Source of the DNA: Gemmatimonadota bacterium
GTDB taxonomy: Bacteria > Gemmatimonadota > Gemmatimonadetes > Gemmatimonadales > GWC2-71-9
DNA length: 64,000 nt
NCBI GenBank assembly: GCA_016794805.1
Contig: JAEUJI010000182.1
Coordinates: 8,941 to 72,940, forward strand
Direction of reading: 5' to 3'
Shown here: in pieces, positions 47,095 through 54,273 of the stretch
Numbering within the stretch: position 1 is the stretch's first letter
How the letters are laid out: each line of letters begins with the position of its first letter
The notes under the pieces: generated by a model
Database searches by the model: none
What the model was told of the DNA's origin: nothing
The model's input: only the letters and a program-made list of their open reading frames with translations
Translations under genes and position numbers: made by a program

Positions 47095-48270
47095 ATGCGC
47101 TCCACAGCTGTCCGCAAGCGGTGCCGGGGGTCCCTCCCCGCGGCGCTCCTCTGCGTCCTGGCCGTCCCGCCCCTGGCCGCCCAGGGGTCGCCGCGCCCGG
47201 TGCCGCCCACCAGCGACTACTGGGTGTACGTCGGCGCCGAGTCGGCGGACCTGCTGCACCGGATCCGCTTCGGGCCGGGCGGCGCGGTGGTGGAACGCAC
47301 CATCCCGGTGGGCCAGTCCGCCGCCGAACTCGAGGGCCCGCATGGGCTGCAGATCTCGCGGGACGGCCAGTACCTCCACCTGACGACGGGCCACGGCTCC
47401 CCCGACGGCAAGTACTGGAAGATCGCCCTCGGCCCGGACACGCTGGCCGGACCGGGGATCTTTCTCGGCAACTTCCCGGCGTCGCTCGACGTGACCGGCG
47501 ATGGGCTCTACGCCTTCATCGTCAACTTCAACCTGCACGGCCGGATGGCGCCCAGCTCGGTGTCGGTGGTCTACACCCCGACCAACACCGAGGTCGCCCG
47601 CACCGAGACCTGCACCATGCCGCATGGCAGCCGGCTCTCGCCGGACGGCCTGGCGCAGTACTCCACCTGCATGATGGACGATCAGCTGGTGGAGCTCGAC
47701 GCCAGGAGCTTCGAGGTGGCGCGGCGCTTCGGGCTTGGCAGGGGGAAGGAAGGCCCGATTGCGGCCGCCGGCGCCGGGATGGACCACGCGTCGCACGGGG
47801 CCGGCCACACGATGCCGGCGCCGACCTGCTCCCCGACCTGGGCCCAGCCCTCGGCGGACGGCGCGCGGATCTACGTGGCCTGCAACAAGGCGGATCAGAT
47901 CGTGGAGCTGGACCGTGCCCGCTGGACCATCACCCGGCGCTTCGCCACCGGGCGCGGACCCTACAACCTGGCGGTCACGCCGGACGGGCGGCTGCTCGTC
48001 GCCACCCTCAAGCAGGGGGGCGCGGTGCAGGTGTTCGACCTCGCGAGCGGGGCCAGCCTGCTCCAGGAGAAGAGCTCCACCACGATCAGCCATGGGGTGG
48101 TCGTCACCCCCGACTCCCGCTACGCCTTCGTGAGCAGCGAGGGCGTCGGCGCGGCGCCGGGGAAGGTGGACGTCTGGGATCTCACCGCCCTGGCACGGGT
48201 GGCGTCGGTGGAGGTGGGGCAGCAGGCTGGGGGCATCGCGTTCTGGAAGATGGCGGCGGCGCGGCCGTAG
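47095..48270 (+). CDS. secreted YVTN-type beta-propeller repeat protein with His/Met-rich insertion
   Basis: Signal: LLCVLAVPPLAAQG. Repeats: GPHGLQISRDGQYLHL, PHGSRLSPDG, GPYNLAVTPDGRLLV, SHGVVVTPDSRYAFV. Insertion: GMDHASHGAGHTMPAPTC. Confidence 0.75.
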   Translation: MRSTAVRKRCRGSLPAALLCVLAVPPLAAQGSPRPVPPTSDYWVYVGAESADLLHRIRFGPGGAVVERTIPVGQSAAELEGPHGLQISRDGQYLHLTTGHGSPDGKYWKIALGPDTLAGPGIFLGNFPASLDVTGDGLYAFIVNFNLHGRMAPSSVSVVYTPTNTEVARTETCTMPHGSRLSPDGLAQYSTCMMDDQLVELDARSFEVARRFGLGRGKEGPIAAAGAGMDHASHGAGHTMPAPTCSPTWAQPSADGARIYVACNKADQIVELDRARWTITRRFATGRGPYNLAVTPDGRLLVATLKQGGAVQVFDLASGASLLQEKSSTTISHGVVVTPDSRYAFVSSEGVGAAPGKVDVWDLTALARVASVEVGQQAGGIAFWKMAAARP

Positions 48271-48277
48271 GCTGGCG

Positions 48278-49888
48278 TCAGACCTTCACCCGCCAGACGG
48301 GCACGGCCTGGGCGCGGTTCTTGACGCTGAGCGGATCCCGGGCCTCGACCGGCGGCTTCTGCTTGAGCACCTGGTAGAGCGGGTCGCTGATCAGGATCTC
48401 GCTGCCCTTGGCATTGGAGCAGAGCCGGCTGGCGACGTTCACCGCGTCGCCGATGACCGTGTATTCCAGCCGCAGGTGGCTGCCGATGTTGCCGGCGAAG
48501 GTGTCGCCGTAGTTGATCCCGATCCCCACGCTGATGCTGGGGCGTCCTTCCGCCACCCACTTCTCATTGAGCGCCGCGATGGCGCGCTGCATCGCAATCG
48601 CCGCCTGGACCGCCCGGTCGGGATCGTCGGCGTGGGGGATCGGCGCGCCCCAGAGCGCCATGATCGCGTCGCCGATGAACTTGTCGAGCGTCCCGCCGTT
48701 GGCGAAGATGATGTCCACCATCTCGGTGAAGTAGTCCGACAGCAGGCTGGCGATGCTGTCCGGGCTCATGTGCTCCGACATCGTGGTGAAGCCCCGGATG
48801 TCGGAGAAGAGGATCGTGACCGGGCGTTTGTCGCCGCCGAGCTTGACCGCGCCCTGCTGCATCGCGATCTCGGCGGCCACGTTGGGGGCGAAGTAGCGCT
48901 CGAAGTTGGACCGGACCATCGCCTCGCGCTGGATCTGCTCTGCGAAGCGGCTGTTCTTGATCGCGATCGCCGCCAGCCCGCCGAACGCGATCAGGAACTG
49001 CAGGTCCTCGTCGCTGAAGGAGTTGGTGGCGGTGAGGTTGTCCACGTAGAGGATGCCGAGGACCATCTCCGGGCCGGCCATGAGCGGGATGCACATGGCG
49101 CTGCGCACGCTCTGCAGCATGATGGAGGCGCCGCCCTTGAAGCGGTCGTCGGCCACGGCGTTGTCGGTCAGGATCGCGACCCGCTCCTCCACCGCCTTCC
49201 GGGCGATCGAGCGCGGCACATGCTGCGCCGAGCTGTCGCCGAGGCGGCTCTTGGAGACCCGGGGCACCAGTTCGCCGGAGTCGGTCTTGAGCAGCACCGA
49301 GACCCGGTCCACCCCCATCACGTCGAAGGTCGTCTCCACCACCCGGCCCAGCAGCTTGTCGAGGTCGAGCTCGCCGGAGAGCTTCTGCGAGACTTCGAGC
49401 AGCAGCGACAGCTTCCGCGCGTTCCGCTCGCCGGTGTTGGCGGCCGCCACCTTGAGCTGGCCCTGGCCGGCGTCGGCAGGGGCGGGCACTGCCTCCCCGA
49501 CGATGCCGGGCGGCACCCCGCCGCTCATGGCGATCTGCTTGACGATCGTGCCGCCGGGGTGGGGCAGGTTCTGGCCGGTGGTGACCAGCCGCGCGCTGCC
49601 CATCTCCGGGGTCTTCAGCTGGAAGACCACCTTGCCGAAGGTGACGGAATCCCCGGCCTCGAGGGTGCCGTCGGTGACCCGTTCGCCGTTGATGAAGGTC
49701 CCGTTGGAGCTGCCCAGGTCCTTGAGCGACACGCTGGCCTTGCCCACGCGAAGTTCCGCGTGGCGCCGGCTGATGGTCGGATCGAAGATCGGAATTTCGC
49801 TCGTCACCGCCCGGCCCACGATGTAGGTCTGGTCGGGGATGAGTTCGAAGTCCTGGTCCCCGGTAAAGGAGACGAGCTTGAAGGGCAT
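48278..49888 (-). CDS. FHA-GAF-class III adenylate/guanylate cyclase
   Basis: FHA: YIVGR...ISRRHAEL...GSSNGTFING. A GAF region follows. Cyclase: VTILFSDIRGFT, GDAIMALWGAP, EYTVIGDAVNVASRL. AGGAG SD. Confidence 0.9.
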   Translation of the reverse strand: MPFKLVSFTGDQDFELIPDQTYIVGRAVTSEIPIFDPTISRRHAELRVGKASVSLKDLGSSNGTFINGERVTDGTLEAGDSVTFGKVVFQLKTPEMGSARLVTTGQNLPHPGGTIVKQIAMSGGVPPGIVGEAVPAPADAGQGQLKVAAANTGERNARKLSLLLEVSQKLSGELDLDKLLGRVVETTFDVMGVDRVSVLLKTDSGELVPRVSKSRLGDSSAQHVPRSIARKAVEERVAILTDNAVADDRFKGGASIMLQSVRSAMCIPLMAGPEMVLGILYVDNLTATNSFSDEDLQFLIAFGGLAAIAIKNSRFAEQIQREAMVRSNFERYFAPNVAAEIAMQQGAVKLGGDKRPVTILFSDIRGFTTMSEHMSPDSIASLLSDYFTEMVDIIFANGGTLDKFIGDAIMALWGAPIPHADDPDRAVQAAIAMQRAIAALNEKWVAEGRPSISVGIGINYGDTFAGNIGSHLRLEYTVIGDAVNVASRLCSNAKGSEILISDPLYQVLKQKPPVEARDPLSVKNRAQAVPVWRVKV

Positions 49889-49953
49889 AGGCTCCTAATC
49901 TAAGCATCCAGCCCGGTGCGCGCTAACCGGGCAGCCCTGTAACCCCATGCGGC

Positions 49954-51456
49954 TTAAGGACCTCGGGCGCCCGCCAGGCCCAGCGCCGCCAGCACCGCGC
50001 GGGCCTTGGCCTCGGTCTCCCGCCATTCCATCAGCGGATCGGAGTCGGCCACGATCCCGGCGCCCGCCTGCACCCAGGCGCGGCCGCCCCGGAGCACCAC
50101 CGTCCGGATCGCGATTGCGGTGTCGAGGGTGCGCGCTCCCCACCCGACGTAGCCCACCGCGCCGGCGTAGGGCCCGCGCCGGGTGGGTTCGAGTTCATCG
50201 ATGATCTCCATGGCGCGCACCTTGGGCGCCCCGCTCACCGTCCCGGCGGGGAAGCAGGCGCCAAGGGCGGCGAGCGCGTCCAGTTCGGGCCGGAGGCGGC
50301 CGCGCACCTCGCTCACCAGGTGCATCACGTGGGAATACCGTTCCACGGTCAGGAAGGCCGTGAGCCGCACCGTGCCGAACTCCGCAACCCGGCCCACGTC
50401 GTTCCGCCCAAGGTCCACCAGCATGAGGTGCTCGGCCCGCTCCTTGGGATCGGCCTCGAGCTCGGCCTGCAACGCCTGATCCTGCGCCGGGGTGGCGCCC
50501 CGCGGCCTGGTGCCGGCGATGGGGCGCACGGTGACTTCGCCGTCTTCTACCCGGATCAGCACCTCAGGGGAACTGCCCACCACGTGGAGATCGTCGAAGT
50601 GCAGGAAGTAGAGGTAGGGCGCCGGATTGAGCGCCCGCAGGTAGCGATAGGTGAGGAACGGGTCGGGGGCGTCGAGATCGAGCCGGCGGGAGAGCACCGT
50701 CTGGAAGGTGTCGCCGGCGGCGATGTACTCCTGGATCCTGCGGACCCCGTCCTGGTACGCGGCGTCCGGGTAGGGGGAGGTGGCCGGGGGAATCGGCGGG
50801 TCACCCTCGATGGCCAGCGGGCGGAGGGCGGAGTCTCCCTGGAGCCGGTCGAGCCAGTCCTCGATCCGCCCGATGGCCTGGTGATAGAGCGCCTCCAGCT
50901 CACCCTTCCCCATCCCCTCCCGCACCTCGACGCTGGCGATGATCGTGGCGCGGTTGAACAGGTTGTCGAGCACCAGCAGCGTATCGGCCACCATCAGCAG
51001 GGCGTCCGGGAGCTGGCGATCGTCGGCCGGGGGGTGGGGCAGCCGCTCGAGGCTCCGCACCACGTCGTAGCCGATATAGCCCACGGCCCCGCCGGTGAAT
51101 CGCGGCAGCCCGGGCACGTCCACCGGCGGGTACTGGCGCATGGTGCGCGCCAGGTGGTCGAGCGGCGCCTCCTCGGTGGGCAGGGTCCGCCAGCCGTCGG
51201 TCGCGGTCCACCGCCGGATCTCCCGGCCATGGTAGCTTAGGACTTCGCGGGGGTCGGTGGAGAGGAAGGTGTAGCGGGCCCAGCGCTCGCCGCCCTCGAG
51301 TGACTCCAGCAGGAAGCCGTACTTCCCCCGGTGCAGCTTGGCGAACGCGGCCACCGGGGTGTCGCCGTCGAGCACGACCTGGCGCACCACCGGGACCATG
51401 CCGGGACGGGCACGGGCGAGGAAATCGGACAGGGAGCCGAAGCCGGGTGCGTTCAT
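49954..51456 (-). CDS. trpE: anthranilate synthase component I
   Basis: 500 aa. FLLES.EGGERWARYTF, the chorismate-binding C-terminal GTVSGAPKVRAMEIIDELE and RGPYAGAVGY. Confidence 0.96.
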   Translation of the reverse strand: MNAPGFGSLSDFLARARPGMVPVVRQVVLDGDTPVAAFAKLHRGKYGFLLESLEGGERWARYTFLSTDPREVLSYHGREIRRWTATDGWRTLPTEEAPLDHLARTMRQYPPVDVPGLPRFTGGAVGYIGYDVVRSLERLPHPPADDRQLPDALLMVADTLLVLDNLFNRATIIASVEVREGMGKGELEALYHQAIGRIEDWLDRLQGDSALRPLAIEGDPPIPPATSPYPDAAYQDGVRRIQEYIAAGDTFQTVLSRRLDLDAPDPFLTYRYLRALNPAPYLYFLHFDDLHVVGSSPEVLIRVEDGEVTVRPIAGTRPRGATPAQDQALQAELEADPKERAEHLMLVDLGRNDVGRVAEFGTVRLTAFLTVERYSHVMHLVSEVRGRLRPELDALAALGACFPAGTVSGAPKVRAMEIIDELEPTRRGPYAGAVGYVGWGARTLDTAIAIRTVVLRGGRAWVQAGAGIVADSDPLMEWRETEAKARAVLAALGLAGARGP

Positions 51457-52034
51457 GTCGGCGCGGCCACCAGGTATCGGCCGGCACCCCGGAGCGGCGC
51501 CTCGAGATTGTCCGCGGCGGGCCGGGTGGATGGCAGCACCCCCCAGCTCAGGCTGTCGATCTGCACCAGGACCAGGAGGGCGCGCTCGTACCGGGCCCGG
51601 GTGCCGTAGCGCGCGAGCCCCGCATTCGTGGCTCCGAAGTGCACCGGGTACTTGAAGCGCACCTGGGCGCCGGGTGCCGGTGGCAAGCTGGTGTCGAGGC
51701 GGAACCCGTAGAGTCCCGGGGTGGGCTGGACTGTCACGGTGACGCTGTCGAGCGGCCCGGTGTCAGGAAAGGTCCCCGCGGGAAACGTCAGTTCCACGAA
51801 GACGGTGTTGTCCGGGGGGCCGTGCCGGAGGATGATCCGGCGCTCGAGCGCCGCCGGCCAGGTGACGCTCGTGTCCCCGGGCGCGACACCGGCCACCTCC
51901 AGCGCCAGCAGCTGGTCGGCGGGGAGGGTCCGGGTGATCTCGGCCGGGGCGGGCGCTGCCGGATCCGGGACCCCGGCGCGGCCGCAGGCCGCCAGGGCCC
52001 CGAGCGTGGTAACGACGAGGAAGGCGCGATGCAC
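51453..52034 (-). CDS. hypothetical lipoprotein
   Basis: 193 aa with lipobox LGALAAC. Its stop overlaps the trpE start (ATGA). Confidence 0.6.
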   Translation of the reverse strand: MHRAFLVVTTLGALAACGRAGVPDPAAPAPAEITRTLPADQLLALEVAGVAPGDTSVTWPAALERRIILRHGPPDNTVFVELTFPAGTFPDTGPLDSVTVTVQPTPGLYGFRLDTSLPPAPGAQVRFKYPVHFGATNAGLARYGTRARYERALLVLVQIDSLSWGVLPSTRPAADNLEAPLRGAGRYLVAAPT

Positions 52035-52063
52035 CGCTGCAACTTATCACCGCCCGGCGGGGA

Positions 52064-54112
52064 ATGGTGACCGGGGCCCGCCTCGCGTGGGTCGCGGGCG
52101 CCGGCGCCCTCCTTGTCGCCGGCCCGCTCACGGGGCAGGGGTGGGATGACTCCACCACCCTCGCCCTGGTGCGGCGGGGGATCGCCGCGCGGCAGCAGGC
52201 CGAGCCCGACTCGACCCTGCGCAGCTACCACACGGTCGCCCACGGGTTTGTCTTCTTCCTGGGCCAGGCGGGCCGTGAACTCGAGGCGCCTCCCCGGCTC
52301 ATCAAGGCGGACGAGCTGCTGGTGGACGTCTACTGGCAGGCCCCCGACACCCACCGCCAGGTGGTGCGCGGCTGGCGCGACGGCCGCTGGCTGCCCACCG
52401 ACATCCACTACCATCGCGATCACCTCGGCATCGTCACCAACAACTTCGGCGACCGGATCCGCATCGGCGAGGGCGACGAGGTCCGGGACGTCATCCATCC
52501 GCTCGCGCCGGAGGGTCCGGAGTCCTACGAATACCGGCTCACCGACTCGGTCCGGATCTCCACCCGGGACGCGGTGCGCTCGGTGTACGAAGTCGCAGTG
52601 CGTCCGCGGGATCCCGCTCGTCCCCGGGTGATCGGGACCCTCTCCCTCGACGCGGCGAGCGGAGACCTCATCCGCTTCCGGTTCAGCTTCACTCCCGCCT
52701 CCTACCTCGACGCCTCGGTCGAGGACCTGAGCGTGACGCTCGAGAACGGGATCGTCGAGGGCCGCTGGTGGCTCCCGTGGCGGCAGGAAATCGAGATCCG
52801 CCGCCGGCTCACCTGGCTCGACCTGCCCGCGCGGTCCATCATCCGCGGCCGGTGGGAGATCGGCGACTACTCGCTCAACGCGGAGCTGCCCCGCGCGGTG
52901 CGCTTCGGGCCGATGATCGGCGGCCTGCGGCAGCCGGCGGAGAGCAGCGCGGCGTGGCCCGCCCCGCTGCCGGAGACCATCCGCGACGTGGCGCGACCGG
53001 TGGAGGAGCGGGACCTCGCCGCGCTGCGGGACGAGGTCGCGGCGCTGGCGGGAGGGGGGCGGCTGAGCGGCCTGGCACGGGCACGGCTCGGCATCTCCTC
53101 GGTCAGCGATGTCGCCCGGGTGAACCGGGTGCAGGGCCTGGCGCTCGGCGTCGGGCTGTCGCTGGATCTGGCGCCCGGACTCCAGTTCCGGCCGCGGGGG
53201 GCGATCGGCACCGCCGATGGACGGATCACCGGAGACGGCCAGCTCCGCTGGCGCCGCGGCGCCACCGACCTCACCCTGCGCGGGGGTCGCGCGGTGGCGG
53301 ACATCGCTGACCGGCCACTGGCCTCGGGCGTCATGCGGTCGCTGCTGGCGCAGGAGGGGGGCCGCGATCTCGGGGACTACGTCCGGCTCGATCGCCTCGC
53401 GCTCGGCGTCACCCATCGGCTCAGTCCGAGCGCCGTGCTCCGGGGAGAAGTGGGCCTCGAGCATTCCGGCAGTCTCGTCACCGAAGCCACCCCTGCGCGC
53501 GGCAGGTACCGCGACAACCCGCCGCTCGGCGTGGGGCGCGTCGGGGTGGCCCGGCTCGGGCTCACGGTGGAGCGCGCGCGCCTCGATCGCGACGGCGCGG
53601 TGCGCCTCGACCTCGGGCTCGAGGGGGGGAGCGGCGAGCGGGAGTACGCGCGAGGGACTGCGGAGCTGGAGGTGCGCGGACCGGCCGGGCCCGGCGTCGT
53701 CGCTGTGCGCCTGCTGGCGGGGGGAGGCACCCCCCGGCTCCCGCCGTACCGGAGCTTTGCGATCGGGGGTTGGGGTACCCTGCCGGGGGAAGACTTCCGC
53801 GCCTTCGGGGGACGGCGGGTGGCGCTCGGATGGCTGGAGTACCGGGTGCAGGCCCCGGTGCCGACCATCCACCTCGGGCCGCTCTTCTCGACCGGCAACC
53901 GCGTGGTCATTGCGCCCTTCCTGGCCGCCGGAGTGGCGGGGGGATCGATCGGTGGCATGCCGTGGCGGGCCACCGGTGAGCTTCGTCCCGTCGCTGGGGT
54001 GGCCGTGGAATGGTTCCACCGGCTGATCCGGGTGGAGACCGGCGTCAGCCTCCGGACCGGTCAGGTCGGGATCACGGTCGACGTCGACCGCGAGTGGTGG
54101 GAGATCCTGTAG
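52064..54112 (+). CDS. hypothetical outer-membrane protein (C-terminal Omp85-like beta-barrel features)
   Basis: 682 aa with a signal-like N-terminus. The C-terminus has an alternating beta pattern ending ...GVAVEWFHRLIRVETGVSLRTGQVGITVDVDREWWEIL. The family call is tentative. Confidence 0.6.
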   Translation: MVTGARLAWVAGAGALLVAGPLTGQGWDDSTTLALVRRGIAARQQAEPDSTLRSYHTVAHGFVFFLGQAGRELEAPPRLIKADELLVDVYWQAPDTHRQVVRGWRDGRWLPTDIHYHRDHLGIVTNNFGDRIRIGEGDEVRDVIHPLAPEGPESYEYRLTDSVRISTRDAVRSVYEVAVRPRDPARPRVIGTLSLDAASGDLIRFRFSFTPASYLDASVEDLSVTLENGIVEGRWWLPWRQEIEIRRRLTWLDLPARSIIRGRWEIGDYSLNAELPRAVRFGPMIGGLRQPAESSAAWPAPLPETIRDVARPVEERDLAALRDEVAALAGGGRLSGLARARLGISSVSDVARVNRVQGLALGVGLSLDLAPGLQFRPRGAIGTADGRITGDGQLRWRRGATDLTLRGGRAVADIADRPLASGVMRSLLAQEGGRDLGDYVRLDRLALGVTHRLSPSAVLRGEVGLEHSGSLVTEATPARGRYRDNPPLGVGRVGVARLGLTVERARLDRDGAVRLDLGLEGGSGEREYARGTAELEVRGPAGPGVVAVRLLAGGGTPRLPPYRSFAIGGWGTLPGEDFRAFGGRRVALGWLEYRVQAPVPTIHLGPLFSTGNRVVIAPFLAAGVAGGSIGGMPWRATGELRPVAGVAVEWFHRLIRVETGVSLRTGQVGITVDVDREWWEIL

Positions 54113-54138
54113 CCGCCGGGCGCAGACGGGGCGGGGAC

Positions 54139-54159
54139 GGGCGGGGACAAGCCCCGCCC
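54139..54159 (+). terminator. 21-nt GC hairpin element (copy 2 of 2, inverted)
   Basis: gggcgggg-acaag-ccccgccc, located 27 nt after the stop at 54112. It is the exact reverse complement of 20625..20645. Confidence 0.5.
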
Positions 54160-54232
54160 TTACGGCATACGCCTCGGATCCGGTTTGGCCCTACCTTTCC
54201 CCGGGCCACCCGTCCCGCTTAGTTTCCCTGAC

Positions 54233-54253
54233 CGGTTACCGCATCGGTAACCG
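54233..54253 (+). promoter_or_regulatory. 8-bp inverted repeat upstream of the GspE/PilB-REC gene
   Basis: cggttacc-gcatc-ggtaaccg, ending 20 nt before the ATG at 54274. It could be an operator or a 5'-UTR hairpin. Confidence 0.3.
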
Positions 54254-54273
54254 ATTCTCCCGCTTGGGCTTGC

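Noticed and set aside
47041-48093. N-terminal 351 codons of track ORF 44995..48093
   Set aside because: They overlap the YVTN propeller gene on the other strand. A GTG with a GGAG SD and a signal peptide starts at 47040.
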